From an uncultured Chloroflexia bacterium (GTDB lineage Bacteria; Chloroflexota; Limnocylindria; Limnocylindrales; CSP1-4): DNA of 64,000 bases. Positions 9,019 through 19,808 of this stretch are shown here, piece by piece (position 1 is the stretch's first letter; the number at the start of each line of letters is the position of its first letter). The stretch spans positions 4,818-68,817 of the forward strand of contig CAWDXT010000004.1 in the NCBI GenBank assembly GCA_963806265.1. The letters are read 5' to 3'. The notes beneath the pieces are model-generated. The model was not told the DNA's origin. It did no database searches and saw nothing but the letters and a program-made list of their open reading frames with translations. Made by a program: the position numbers and the translations under genes.

Positions 9019-10041
9019 ATGCCCCGCTTCAGCTACGGCGGCCAGGCGCTCATCGAGGGCGTCATGATGCGCGGCCGAGACGCCATCGCGGTCGCCCTCC
9101 GACATCCGGACGGGCGGATCGTGTACGCCACCGAGCGGCTCGACTCCGGGTTCCACGGCAGCCGCTGGGCGCGGGCGCCGTTCATGCGTGGCCTGGTGGT
9201 GCTGTACGAGACGCTGGTCGTCGGCACCCGCTGGCTGATCCGCTCGGCCGGTCTCCAGGTCGAGGACGAGGGCGTCGAGATCGGCAAGGGCTCCGTGGCG
9301 GTCATGCTCGGGGTCACGGCCCTGCTGGCGGTGGGGCTGTTCTTCATCCTGCCCCTGGTCATCGCCTCGTTCGCGGCCGGCAACGCGGAGAACGACCTGG
9401 TGCAGCACGCGATCGAGGGCCTGGTCCGGGTCGCGATCTTCCTCGGCTACCTCGCGCTCATCGCGCGCACGCCGGACATCGCGCGCGTGTTCCAGTACCA
9501 CGGCGCCGAGCACATGACGATCCACGCCCTCGAGCATGGCGATCCGCTGCAGACGGCCGAGATCCGCAAGTACCCGACCGCGCACCAGCGCTGCGGCACC
9601 GAGTTCCTGGTGGTCGTGATCCTGCTCTCGATCCTCGCCTTCAGCCTGGTCGGCCGGCAGTCGCCGTTGATCATGGTCGGGAGCCGGATCCTGCTCATCC
9701 CGGTCATCGCGGCCGTCGGCTACGAGCTGCTGCGCCTTGGCGCCCGGCACCGGTCGAACCCGGTCATCCGCGTGATCATGTGGCCCGGCATCCTGGTCCA
9801 GAAGATCACCACCAAGCAGCCGACCGACGACATGATCGAGGTGGCCGTGGTCTCGATCGAGGAGGCGCTGCGGGCGGACGGCGAGGCGATCCCGGCCGGA
9901 GGGATGCAGCTGCCGCGCGACCCGATGCCGGAACCGGGCGAGACGGCCGCCACGGTCCGTGCTGCTGCCGTCGGCTCCGAGCCCGCCGCGGTGACCGAGC
10001 CATCCGTCGGCACCCCGGCCGAGCCACCGGCGCATGGCTGA
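9019..10041 (+). CDS. DUF1385 (YqhQ-like) membrane protein
   Basis: YGGQALIEGVMMRG, FQYHGAEH, HQRCGTEF and TTKQP; usual neighbour of prfA/prmC. Confidence 0.92.
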   Translation: MPRFSYGGQALIEGVMMRGRDAIAVALRHPDGRIVYATERLDSGFHGSRWARAPFMRGLVVLYETLVVGTRWLIRSAGLQVEDEGVEIGKGSVAVMLGVTALLAVGLFFILPLVIASFAAGNAENDLVQHAIEGLVRVAIFLGYLALIARTPDIARVFQYHGAEHMTIHALEHGDPLQTAEIRKYPTAHQRCGTEFLVVVILLSILAFSLVGRQSPLIMVGSRILLIPVIAAVGYELLRLGARHRSNPVIRVIMWPGILVQKITTKQPTDDMIEVAVVSIEEALRADGEAIPAGGMQLPRDPMPEPGETAATVRAAAVGSEPAAVTEPSVGTPAEPPAHG

Positions 10042-11164
10042 CGAGCATGGCCTCGAGGCCAAGCTGACCGAGCTCGCGGCGCAGTACGACGAGGTCTCGG
10101 CCCGGCTCGCCACGCCCGAGGTGCTGACCGATCCGGAGCAGCTCAAGCGGCTCGGGCGCGAGCTCGCGCGCCTGGAGCCGGTCGTCGCCGCTCACCGCGA
10201 GCTGGCCGACATTCGGGGGCAGCTCGAGGGCGCCCGCCAGATGCGCGACACCGAGCCCGACGACGACGTCAAGGCGCTCGCGCGCGAGGAGATCACGGCG
10301 CTCGAGGCTCGAGAGGCGGAGCTGGTCTCGGACCTGCGGGTGGCGCTGCTGCCCCGCGACCCCAACGACGACCGCAACGTGATCGTCGAGATCCGGGCGG
10401 GAGCCGGCGGCGAGGAGGCAGCCCTGTTCGCGGCCGAGCTGCTGCGGATGTACATGCGCTATGCGCAGGAGCACCGGTTCTCGGTCGAGGTGCTGAGCTC
10501 CAACGAGACCGGGATCGGTGGCATCAAGGAGGCGATCCTCGAGGTCACCGGCGATGGCGCGTACAGCCGGCTCAAGTTCGAGGGCGGCGTTCACCGGGTG
10601 CAGCGGGTGCCGTCCACCGAGTCGAGCGGGCGCATCCACACCAGCACGGCGACCGTGATCGTGATGCCCGAGGCGGACGAGGTCGAGGTCGAGATCGACG
10701 AGGACAAGGATCTCCGGATCGAGGTCAAGCGCTCGAGCGGCCCCGGCGGGCAGTCGGTCAACACCACGGACTCCGCGGTCCGGATCACGCACCTGCCGAC
10801 CGGTCTGGTGGTCGAGATCCAGGACGAGAAGAGCCAGCACAAGAACAAGGCCAAGGCGATGGCGGTGCTGCGCAGCCGCCTGTACGACCTCGAGCTCGCG
10901 AAGCAGCGCGAGCGGGACAGCGCGACCCGCCGGAGCATGGTCGCAGCCGGCGATCGCTCCGAGAAGATCCGGACCTACAACTTCCCCGACAACCGGGTCA
11001 CCGACCATCGGATCGGGACGACGATCCACAACGTGCCGGGTGTGCTGGCAGGGCAGCTGGATCCGCTGATCGACGCCCTGGTGATGGCCGATCAGGCCGA
11101 CCAGCTCCGTCATCTCACGGAAGGCAGCGATGCCCGGGCGCCCGGCGCGGCCGTCCCCGCCTGA
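10034..11164 (+). CDS. prfA: Peptide chain release factor 1
   Basis: GGQ motif (SSGPGGQSVN), PxT motif (VPSTE), EKIRTYNFP. Confidence 0.97.
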   Translation: MADEHGLEAKLTELAAQYDEVSARLATPEVLTDPEQLKRLGRELARLEPVVAAHRELADIRGQLEGARQMRDTEPDDDVKALAREEITALEAREAELVSDLRVALLPRDPNDDRNVIVEIRAGAGGEEAALFAAELLRMYMRYAQEHRFSVEVLSSNETGIGGIKEAILEVTGDGAYSRLKFEGGVHRVQRVPSTESSGRIHTSTATVIVMPEADEVEVEIDEDKDLRIEVKRSSGPGGQSVNTTDSAVRITHLPTGLVVEIQDEKSQHKNKAKAMAVLRSRLYDLELAKQRERDSATRRSMVAAGDRSEKIRTYNFPDNRVTDHRIGTTIHNVPGVLAGQLDPLIDALVMADQADQLRHLTEGSDARAPGAAVPA

Positions 11165-11231
11165 GAGCGGGCACGTGCGCGGCGCGGATGCCGCCGGGCG
11201 GCCGGTCGATGGCGAACATGCCGGGATGACG

Positions 11232-11303
11232 GTGCGCTTCGAGCCCCCGGCGCGGTTCGATCCTCCGGTGCGCTTCGAGTCTCCGGTGCGCTTCGATCGT
11301 CCG
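11232..11303. repeat. 18-bp tandem repeat x4 (GTGCGCTTCGAnnnTCCG) between prfA and prmC
   Basis: Read directly from the sequence. Confidence 0.85.
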
Positions 11304-11374
11304 ACCGACGTCGCGATCATCGAGACCACCGACCTTGCATCGGTCGGTGTCCTCAAGCACGGCAAGCTCCGGTC

Positions 11375-12289
11375 ATGACCCAGCCGTCGTTCACCGCCGC
11401 CGAGCTGGTCGCGCTGGCAACGGCGCGCCTGGAGGCGTCGGGGTCGGAGTCACCGCGCCTGGACGCGGAGCTGCTGCTTGCGCAGGCGCTGGGCATCGAC
11501 CGGACGGGGGTCCTCGCGCATCCCGACGCACCGGTCGGCCCCGGCCTCCGGGAGGCCTTCGAGGCGGCCGTGGCGCGGCGCGAGCTCGGCGAGCCGGTCG
11601 CCTACATCCGGGGCTTCCGCGAGTTCCACGGCCTGGCATTCGCGACCGACGCCCGCGCCCTGATCCCGAGGCCGGAGACCGAGCTGCTGGTGGACGATGC
11701 GATCGAGGCGATCGTCGCCCGGCTGACCGACCGGCCGCGAGCCGCCGGGGCGCCGGTGCTCCGGATCGCGGACGTCGGGACCGGCACCGGCGCGATCGCG
11801 ATCTCGGTCCTGGTGGCCCTCCGCCGGCGCCGGATGGACGAGCAGGTGCTCGCCGTCGCGATCGAGGCCTCGCCCGAGGCGCTCGACCTGGCGCGCGAGA
11901 ACGCTGTCGGCCACGCGGTCGCGGACCGGATGGTGTTCGTGACCGCCGACCTCATCCCGCACCACGTCGATCCGCCGTACGCCGTCGTGTGCGCCAACCT
12001 CCCGTACGTCCCGAGCGAGGACCTCGACCAGCTGGCCCGCGAGCTGACGTTCGAGCCCCGGCAGGCGCTGGACGGTGGCGCCGACGGCCTCGACGTGATC
12101 CGCCGCCTGCTCGACCATCTGCCCAGCTCGCTCGCGACCGACGGCCTGGCGCTGCTCGAGATCGGCGCGGACCAGGGGGAGGCGATCCGACGCGAGGCCG
12201 AGACGAGGTTGCCGGGCTGGCGCTGCGTCGTGAAGACGGACCTGGCGGGCCGGCCCCGCCTGGCCAGGATCGAGCGGGCGGCGCCATGA
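11375..12289 (+). CDS. prmC: Release factor glutamine methyltransferase
   Basis: GEPVAYI, LIPRPETE, DVGTGTG, ANLPYV and EP..ALDGGADGL. Confidence 0.95.
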   Translation: MTQPSFTAAELVALATARLEASGSESPRLDAELLLAQALGIDRTGVLAHPDAPVGPGLREAFEAAVARRELGEPVAYIRGFREFHGLAFATDARALIPRPETELLVDDAIEAIVARLTDRPRAAGAPVLRIADVGTGTGAIAISVLVALRRRRMDEQVLAVAIEASPEALDLARENAVGHAVADRMVFVTADLIPHHVDPPYAVVCANLPYVPSEDLDQLARELTFEPRQALDGGADGLDVIRRLLDHLPSSLATDGLALLEIGADQGEAIRREAETRLPGWRCVVKTDLAGRPRLARIERAAP

Positions 12290-13288
12290 CGATGGCCGGT
12301 CGTCGGGACGGCGATGCCAGCGCATGGTTGCCGGCGCGTCCCGATCCGGAGCTCCCGATCGGCATGCTCGCGCTCGACATCGACGGCACGCTCGTCGGGC
12401 ATGACTTCCGCATCTCGGCCCGGACCGAGGCGGCGATCCGGGCCGCGATCGAGCGCGGGGTGCGCGTCTCCCTGGCCACGGGTCGGATGGCGAGCTCGGC
12501 CGCCGTGTATGCCCACCAGCTGGGACTGACCGAGCCGCTGATCGGCCACCAGGGTGCGGTGGTGCGTCGCATGCCCGCCCATCCTGCCTCGATCGAGTCG
12601 ACCCATGCAGGAGGGCCAGCCGTTTCGGGCGCCGGTCGGGCGGCTGATCCATCACACGTCGCTCGCGGCGGCCACCGCCCGCGATGCGATCACCTGGTGC
12701 CTTGCCCACGACCTGGACCCGCATGTCAACACGCTCGAGCGGATCGTCGTCTGGCGTGGGGATCGCCGGTTCGAGGACTACTCGGGCTACCTGGGACCGG
12801 ACGCGGAGATCGTGGCCGATCTGCGCCGTGCGATCCGGCGGCCGGTGTCGAAGGTGATCGCGGTCGGCACGGCGCCCCGCCCGATGGAGCTGGTCGCCGA
12901 GGCCCGGGCGGCGTTCACGGGGCGGGCCGAGGTCACCGTCTCGCACCCACGGTTCCTCGAGTTCGTCGCGCCCGGCGTGTCCAAGGGCCGCGCGGTCGCC
13001 TGGCTCGCGGGCCAGGCCGGCGTCCCCATGTCGCGGGTGATGACGATCGGCGACGCGCTCAACGATCTCGAGATGATCTCGATGGCCGGCCACGGGGCGG
13101 CGATGTCGACCGCGCCAGGAGTTGTTCGCGCCGCTGCCCGCTACATCGCGCCGCCGGTCGAGGAGGATGGCGTGGCGTCGCTCATCGAGGCGCTGATCCT
13201 TGCGCCGGCCGGGGAGGTGGCTCGCAACGCCGGGCGCCTCGCCGATGCCGCAGCGGAAGCGGCGACGCCGGTGGGTGCCGGAACGTGA
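12286..13288 (+). CDS. Cof-type HAD-IIB hydrolase (frameshift near 12590)
   Basis: LDIDGTL and LATGR in one frame; VSKG and IGDALND in the next. Confidence 0.88.
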
Positions 13289-13944
13289 CGGGGTCGCGGA
13301 TCCTCCCCGACGGGCCCGAGGCTCGCGCGGCCGCGGTGGAGCTGCTGCGCGCCGGGTCGATCGTGGCGCTGCCGACCGACACCGTGTACGGGATCGCCGC
13401 CGACCTTGCCCTGCCGGACGCCATCGAGCGGCTGTTCGCCGCCAAGCAGCGGCCACCAGAGAAGGCCGTCGCGGTGCTGCTGGCAGACGCGGAGCAGGCG
13501 GGCACGCTCGCCGACCTGCCGATGGCCGCCCGGGTGCTGGCCGAGCGCTTCTGGCCGGGTGGCCTCACCCTCGTGCTCCCGGTTCGGCCAGGAACGCGGC
13601 TGCCCGACGTTCTCGCCGCCGGCACGCCGACCATCGGCGTTCGCGTCCCCGACCACGACTGCCCACGGGCGCTCGCGCGCGAGCTCGGGCCGCTGCCGAC
13701 CACCTCGGCCAACCTGTCGGGGGCGCCCGACTCCGGGGACGCGACCGAGGTCGCGGAAACGCTGGGCGATGCCGTCGCGCTCGTCCTCGATGGCGGGCCG
13801 ACCCGGGGCGGCCCGGCATCCACGGTGGTGGATTGCACGCTCACGCGGCCGGTCGTCCGCCGTGCCGGGGCGATCGCGCCGGCCCTGATCGCCGGGGCGC
13901 TCGACGAGGCCGAGGTGGAGCACGACATCCCCGGAGACGGATAG
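13285..13944 (+). CDS. tsaC: L-threonylcarbamoyladenylate synthase (Sua5/YrdC)
   Basis: PTDTVYG, AKQRP, FWPGGLT, GVRVP, TTSANLSG and STVVD. Confidence 0.93.
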   Translation: MTGSRILPDGPEARAAAVELLRAGSIVALPTDTVYGIAADLALPDAIERLFAAKQRPPEKAVAVLLADAEQAGTLADLPMAARVLAERFWPGGLTLVLPVRPGTRLPDVLAAGTPTIGVRVPDHDCPRALARELGPLPTTSANLSGAPDSGDATEVAETLGDAVALVLDGGPTRGGPASTVVDCTLTRPVVRRAGAIAPALIAGALDEAEVEHDIPGDG

Positions 13945-14098
13945 CCGTCGTCGGCCAGTCAGCCGCCGGCATGTCCGGTGGTACCCGCCGCACCGCTCGT
14001 GATGCCACCGGCACCGCTCGCCGCGGCCGGGACGCTTGGCACAATGCCCGGGTACACCTTCCACAACGGATCCACGCCTGCCACGAGGAGCCGGGGCG

Positions 14099-16702
14099 AT
14101 GAGCCTCCTGCGCCCGATCCGGGACACATCCGCCACGTCGCTCGGCCTCGCCCGCGAGCGGCTCCTGGCGCTCGGCTTCCGGCGCGTGCTGGTGACGTGG
14201 ATCGTGCAGGCCCTGATCCTGCTGCTCGTCGGGCGCCTGGTCCCCGGGATCGAGGTCCAGGACGTGATCGCGGCGCTGTTCGCCGCCGTGGTCCTGGGCC
14301 TGCTCAACGCGCTCGTCAGGCCGATCCTGGTGCTGCTCACGCTGCCGTTGACGGTCGTGACGATGGGCCTGCTGTCGCTGCTGATCAACGCGATCATGCT
14401 GGTCCTGGCGGCGCCCCTGGTGCCGGGACTGGCCGTCGCCTCGCTCGCCTCGGCCGTCGCGGCGGCGATCCTGATCACCGTCCTGACCACCGTCGTCTCG
14501 CTCGCCCTCTCGAGCGACCAGGACGACACCTTCTACGCCGAGCTCAGCCGCCGGCTGGCGACCCTCGACCGCCAGCCGATCCCGGGTGGCCGCGGCCTGG
14601 TGATGATCCAGATCGACGGCCTGGCCGCGAGCATCCTGCGCAACGCGATCCGCGTCGGGCTCACGCCGCAGATGGCGCGCTGGGTCCGGTCCGGTGAGTA
14701 CCGGCTGATCGAGTGGGACTGCACGCCGCCGTCCCAGACCTCGGCCAGCCAGGCGGGCATCCTGTTCGGCTCCAACGACGACATCCCGGCCTTCCGCTGG
14801 TACGAGAAGGACCGCGGCAGGCTCATGGTGTCGAACCGTCCTGCAGACGCCGCCGAGATCGAGCGCCGCCTGTCCAACGGCCGCGGCCTGCTTGCCGCCA
14901 ACGGCATGAGCGCCAACAACCTGTTCTCGGGCGACGCCCGGCGCACCCTGTTCACCATGAGCCGCATCCAGCAGGCGGCCACGACGACCGACATCGATGC
15001 CTTCTCGCTCTACTTCGTCGACCCCGCGGCGTTCATCCGGACGGTGGTGCTCACGATCAGCGAGATGTTCAAGGAGTGGTCCGAGGCCCGGCGTCAGCGC
15101 GCGCTCGATATCCAGCCGCGGGTCCACCGCGGCGCGGCCTTCGCCGGGATGCGGGCCGTCAGCAACGTGCTGATGCGCGACCTCAACGTCACGTTCCTGG
15201 TCAACGCCATCGGCCGTGGCGTCCCGGTCATGTACGTGGACTTCGTGGACTACGACGAGCTGGCCCACCACGCCGGTCCGGAGCGCCTCGAGTCGCTGCG
15301 CTCGCTGACGGGCGTGGACCGGGTCCTGTCCACGATCGCGCGTGCGATCGAGACCGCGCCACGCGACTACGAGATCGTGATCCTGTCCGACCACGGTCAG
15401 ACGCAGGGCGCCACCTTCCTCCAGCGCTACGGGCAGACCCTCGAGGCGTTGATCCGCGACCTGATGGGCGGCGGCTCCGCGCTCGCCGTCGGGGGCGAGG
15501 CCGAGGGCTGGGGGCCCGCCAACGCTCTCCTGACCGAGATCGTCAACCGCCCCGGCGTCGCCGGCCGGGCGGCGACCGCCGCCCTCTCGAACCGTCGCGA
15601 TGGCGGTGCCGTCGAGATCGGGAGGCAGCCGAGGGCGTCGCCGGAGCCGGAGGACGGTGGGCCGCGGGTGGTGGTCGGCGCCAGCGGCAACCTCGCCAAC
15701 GTCTACTTCCTGGCCGAGGACCGGCGCCTCTCGCTGGAGGAGATCGAGGACCGGTACCCGGGCCTTGTCGGGGGGCTCGTCGCGCACCCCGGGATCGGCT
15801 TCGTTCTCGTTCGCTCCGACGACCGCGGGCCGCTCGCGATCGGACACGAGGGCGTCCATCACCTCGACGACGGCCGGATCGACGGCCGCGACCCACTCGC
15901 GCCATTCGGCTTCCGGGCCGCGAATGCGCTGCGCCGTCTCGACGGATTCCCCCATGTGGGCGACCTGCTGGTCAACAGCGTGTACGACCAGGAGCTGGAG
16001 GAGGTCGCGGCATTCGAGGAGCTGGTGGGCAGCCACGGCGGCTTCGGTGGCCCGCAGGTCAAGCCGTTCATCCTCGCGCCCGCCGATCTGCCCTACGACG
16101 GCGAGGACGTGGTCGGGGCCCCCGCCGTCCATCGGCTGCTGGCGAGCTGGGCCGACCAGCTCGGCGTCGGCCCCGACTCGGGCGCGACCGAGGCCCCGCC
16201 CGTCAACGCCGGCCCCATGGCAAGGCCGCGGGCCATCGGGCTGATCGCGGTCCTGACGGGACTGACGAGCGTGCTCTGGCTGCTCCTCGGGATCGGGCTC
16301 GGGGCTGGCGCGGCCCTCATCGGCACCAATGGCCTCTCGGACCTCGGGATCGGCGACCTGGCGGCCTTCGCCGGCCTGGGGCTGGTGCTGCTGCTCCTGG
16401 GCATCGGCGGGCTCATCGTTTCGGTCGGGCTGTGGCGCCGCAGGGGCTGGGCACGGATGGCCACCCTCGTCTACTACGCCCTGGGCATCCTGCAGGCGCT
16501 CGCGGCGCTCGGCTCGCAGGGTCTGGGGGGCCTGGTCAATCTCGGCCTGAGCCAGGTCGCGATCGGCCTGTTCGCGTTCTTCTATCTGACCCGCCCGCAC
16601 GTGAGCGCTGCCTTCCGGGCCGGAGCCCCGAATCGCGAGCCGACCACAGGGGGCGGCCTGGGATCCGGTCGGGCGGATGGTCCCGATCCCGGCCGGCGCT
16701 GA
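14099..16702 (+). CDS. YvlD/DUF360 (holin-family) membrane domain fused to an alkaline-phosphatase-superfamily domain, with extra C-terminal TMs
   Basis: LLNALVRPIL..LTLP..TMGL; IQIDGL, SQTSASQAGIL, YDELAHH, LSDHGQ, GSHGG; ~4 TM C-terminus. Confidence 0.82.
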   Translation: MSLLRPIRDTSATSLGLARERLLALGFRRVLVTWIVQALILLLVGRLVPGIEVQDVIAALFAAVVLGLLNALVRPILVLLTLPLTVVTMGLLSLLINAIMLVLAAPLVPGLAVASLASAVAAAILITVLTTVVSLALSSDQDDTFYAELSRRLATLDRQPIPGGRGLVMIQIDGLAASILRNAIRVGLTPQMARWVRSGEYRLIEWDCTPPSQTSASQAGILFGSNDDIPAFRWYEKDRGRLMVSNRPADAAEIERRLSNGRGLLAANGMSANNLFSGDARRTLFTMSRIQQAATTTDIDAFSLYFVDPAAFIRTVVLTISEMFKEWSEARRQRALDIQPRVHRGAAFAGMRAVSNVLMRDLNVTFLVNAIGRGVPVMYVDFVDYDELAHHAGPERLESLRSLTGVDRVLSTIARAIETAPRDYEIVILSDHGQTQGATFLQRYGQTLEALIRDLMGGGSALAVGGEAEGWGPANALLTEIVNRPGVAGRAATAALSNRRDGGAVEIGRQPRASPEPEDGGPRVVVGASGNLANVYFLAEDRRLSLEEIEDRYPGLVGGLVAHPGIGFVLVRSDDRGPLAIGHEGVHHLDDGRIDGRDPLAPFGFRAANALRRLDGFPHVGDLLVNSVYDQELEEVAAFEELVGSHGGFGGPQVKPFILAPADLPYDGEDVVGAPAVHRLLASWADQLGVGPDSGATEAPPVNAGPMARPRAIGLIAVLTGLTSVLWLLLGIGLGAGAALIGTNGLSDLGIGDLAAFAGLGLVLLLLGIGGLIVSVGLWRRRGWARMATLVYYALGILQALAALGSQGLGGLVNLGLSQVAIGLFAFFYLTRPHVSAAFRAGAPNREPTTGGGLGSGRADGPDPGRR

Positions 16703-16873
16703 CCGGACGACACGCAGCCTGCCGGCCGTCCGCCGCGACGCCGGAGCTCGCGGGAACGGTCCCAAGCCGTAGCGGGAAGCACGACGTGGCAGCGCTCGCC
16801 GGCCCGGGTCATGGGAAGATAGGCGCGTCGTCCCCGGGCGCCCGTCCCCGCGCCCTTCCAGGAGGTTCCACCC

Positions 16874-18274
16874 GTGTCCGACGTCACCGTCCCGGTCGAG
16901 ACCGCCGCGCGCCGATCGGCCGCCGCTCCCGCGGCGACGTCGGGTACCGTGCCCGAGGCGGCATGGGCATCGGCCGCCGAGCTGGATCCCGAGCTGTGGC
17001 AGGCGGTCGAGGACGAGCGTCGCCGACAGGCCGGCAACGTGGAGCTGATCGCGAGCGAGAACTACGTCTGGCAGGCGGTGCTCGAGACCCAGGGCACGTG
17101 GCTCACCAACAAGTACGCCGAGGGCCTGCCGGGCCGGCGCTACTACGGCGGCTGCGAGTTCGTGGACGTCGCCGAGAACCTCGCGCGCGAGCGCGCGCTG
17201 CGCCTGTTCCCGGGCAGCCGAGCATGTCAACGTCCAGCCGCATGCCGGCGCGCAGGCCAACATGGCGGCCTACTTCGCGGTCCTCCGGCCGGGCGACCGG
17301 ATCCTGGGCATGAGCCTCGCCCACGGTGGCCACCTGACCCATGGCTCGCCGGTCAACTTCTCGGGGCGGATGTACGAGATCCACGCCTACGGCGTGCGCC
17401 GCGACGACGAGCGGATCGACTACGACGCGCTCGAGGCACAGGCCGCCGAGGTGCGGCCCAAGCTGCTGGTCGCGGGCGCCTCGGCGTATCCCCGGACCTG
17501 GGACTTCGAGCGGATGGCCGCCATCGCCCATGGGGTCGGCGCGCTGCTGATGGTGGACATGGCCCACTTCGCGGGCCTCGTCGCGGCCGGCGTCCACCCC
17601 AGCCCGTTCCCGCACGCCGACCTCGTCACGACCACCACCCACAAGACGCTGCGCGGACCGCGCGGCGGGATGGTGTTCGCGCGCGCGGACCTGCCCGATG
17701 GCGTCGACCGCGCCGACTTCCCCGCGCTGGGCAAGAGCACGCTCGCGCAGGCGATCGACAAGTCCGTGTTCCCGGGCGTCCAGGGCGGCCCGCTGATGCA
17801 CGTGATCGCCGCCAAGGCCGTCGCGCTCCAGCTGGCCATGCGCGACGACTTCCGGCGCGACCAGGTCCGCACGGTGGAGAACGCGAAGGTCCTGGCCGAG
17901 ACGCTGACCGAGGCCGGCGCGCGGATCGTGAGCGGTGGCACCGACAACCACCTGATGCTGGTCGACGTCGCCCCGCTCGGGCATCACCGGTCGCGAGGCG
18001 GAGGCCCTGCTCGACAGCGTCTCGATCACGGTCAACAAGAACGCGATCCCGTTCGATGCCAACCCGCCCAACATCGCGTCCGGGATCCGGGTCGGCACGC
18101 CGGCCACCACCACGCGCGGCATGGGCCCCGACGAGATGCGCGTCATCGGGCGCTGGGTCGTGGACGCGATCCGCGCGCCGCGACGACGCGGCCGCCCTGG
18201 ACCGGATCCGTGACGGCGTCCGCGACCTGGTCGCCCGGTTCCCCGTCCCCGGCCTGCCCCGGGATCGCGCCTGA
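16874..18274 (+). CDS. glyA: Serine hydroxymethyltransferase (frameshifts near 17215, 17980 and 18175)
   Basis: [47 protein letters not shown]. Confidence 0.96.
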   Translation: MSDVTVPVETAARRSAAAPAATSGTVPEAAWASAAELDPELWQAVEDERRRQAGNVELIASENYVWQAVLETQGTWLTNKYAEGLPGRRYYGGCEFVDVAENLARERALRLFPGSRACQRPAACRRAGQHGGLLRGPPAGRPDPGHEPRPRWPPDPWLAGQLLGADVRDPRLRRAPRRRADRLRRARGTGRRGAAQAAGRGRLGVSPDLGLRADGRHRPWGRRAADGGHGPLRGPRRGRRPPQPVPARRPRHDHHPQDAARTARRDGVRARGPARWRRPRRLPRAGQEHARAGDRQVRVPGRPGRPADARDRRQGRRAPAGHARRLPARPGPHGGEREGPGRDADRGRRADRERWHRQPPDAGRRRPARASPVARRRPCSTASRSRSTRTRSRSMPTRPTSRPGSGSARRPPPRAAWAPTRCASSGAGSWTRSARRDDAAALDRIRDGVRDLVARFPVPGLPRDRA

Positions 18275-18279
18275 CGCGC

Positions 18280-19432
18280 ATGCGGCTGCCGGCTGAGATC
18301 GTCGACCTGCTGCCGCTGATCCTCGTCACCTTCGCCGCGCGCCGCGCTGCTGTCGCTGGTGCTGACGCCGCTCGTTCGCCGGTTCGCGATCCGCCTCGAC
18401 AACATCGACCAGCCCGACCATCGACGGGTCAACGTGGCGCCCATCCCGCGCGGCGGCGGCATGGCGGTGGCGATCGCGTTCCTCGCGGTGGCGATCGCCC
18501 TCGGCGTGCTCAACGCCACGGTCGAGGGCGGGCTCGTCCGGGTCACCCGCGAGATCACCCCGGGCGAGGTCGCCGCGCTGCTGGTCGGCGGGGCGGCGGC
18601 CACCGTCCTCGGCGTGCTTGACGACACGCTCCAGCTGCGAGCTCGCTGGCAGCTTCTCGGTCAGCTGGTGCTGGCGGTGGGGGCCGTGGCGGCCGGCATC
18701 TCGGTCGGCGTACATCAACAACCCGTTCGGGCCGGGCAACATCGAGCTCACGTCGCCCTACGGCGTGGCGTTCACCGTGCTCTGGATCGTGGGCATGATC
18801 AACAGCATCAACTTCATCGACGGGCTCGACGGCCTGTCGACGGGCATCTCGCTGATCGCTGCCGTGACCCTGGGCCTGATCTCGATCGCGGCCACCGTCG
18901 CCCAGCCGATGGTGGGCCTGCTGTGCTTCGCGCTGGCCGGGTCGCTGCTGGGGTTCCTGCGCTGGAACTTCCACCCGGCCTCGATCTTCATCGGGACCAG
19001 CGGCGTGATGTTCGTGGGCTACACGCTGGCCCTGCTCGCGATCCTCGGCTCGGCCAAGGTCGCGGTCGCGCTGCTCGTGCTGGGCGTGCCGATCATCGAC
19101 ACGTTCTGGATCATCGTCCGCCGCCTGGTCACCGGCCGCTCGCCGTTCACCCCCGACCGCGGCCACATCCACCATCGGCTGCTCGACCTGGGCCTGTCGC
19201 ACGGCCAGACCGTGCTCGTGATCTACGCCATCTGCCTGGTGCTGGCGGTGCTGTCGTTCGTGCTGTCGGGCACCGGCCAGGTGTACGCGTTCCTCGGCCT
19301 CGCCGTCGCGTTCGGGCTGGGGCTGTTCCTCATCACCCGATTCGAGACGGCCGATGCGCTCGAGCCCAAGGCCTACGAGGGCCGGACGAGACGACCGATG
19401 GGCGGTCGTCGTCGGGCACCGGCGCGGCCTGA
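18280..19432 (+). CDS. WecA/TagO-like (MraY family) polyprenyl-phosphate sugar-1-P transferase (frameshifted; end approximate)
   Basis: [44 protein letters not shown]. Confidence 0.9.
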
Positions 19433-19499
19433 GGCGCCTGGCGCCGCCGGGACGTCGTCGCCCGGGGCGCAGAGCAGGGCTCGAACCGCGAATGGCCTC

Positions 19500-19508
19500 T
19501 GGTATAGT
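19500..19508 (+). promoter_or_regulatory. Extended -10 promoter (TGgTATAGT) of the atp operon
   Basis: TGn-TATAGT, 23 nt before the atpI ATG. Confidence 0.6.
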
Positions 19509-19531
19509 CTCCCGCGCGGTGGCAGGTCCCT

Positions 19532-19762
19532 ATGCTCAAAGGTTTCGGAGTCTACGCGGTTCTGTTCTCCGAGATCGGTGTCACGTTCTTCGTGGGGACC
19601 ATCGCGGGAGTCCTGGCTGGATGGCTGGTTGACCAGCAGCTCGGCACCCTGCCCTGGTTCACCGTCGGCGGTGCGCTGGCCGGTTTCGGGCTCGGTGGAC
19701 TCGCTGTAGCCAGGCTCATCACGCGGTTTCTGGCGCGATTCGACGACACGCAGCAAGACTGA
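19532..19762 (+). CDS. atpI: AtpZ/AtpI family protein
   Basis: GWLVDQQLGTLPWF motif, 2 TM, first gene of the atp operon. Confidence 0.85.
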   Translation: MLKGFGVYAVLFSEIGVTFFVGTIAGVLAGWLVDQQLGTLPWFTVGGALAGFGLGGLAVARLITRFLARFDDTQQD

Positions 19763-19808
19763 CCGTCCGCCCGGGGCGGAGACCCAGACGAGGCCAGACG
19801 AGCGACAC

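Noticed and set aside
11335-13944. 869-aa ORF joining the HAD N-terminus and TsaC
   Set aside because: Chance open frame in high-GC DNA plus one indel; prmC, the HAD gene and tsaC have their own overlapping starts and stops
14099-14520. Prophage inferred from the holin-family domain
   Set aside because: No integrase, endolysin or structural genes; YvlD-type domains are common on chromosomes
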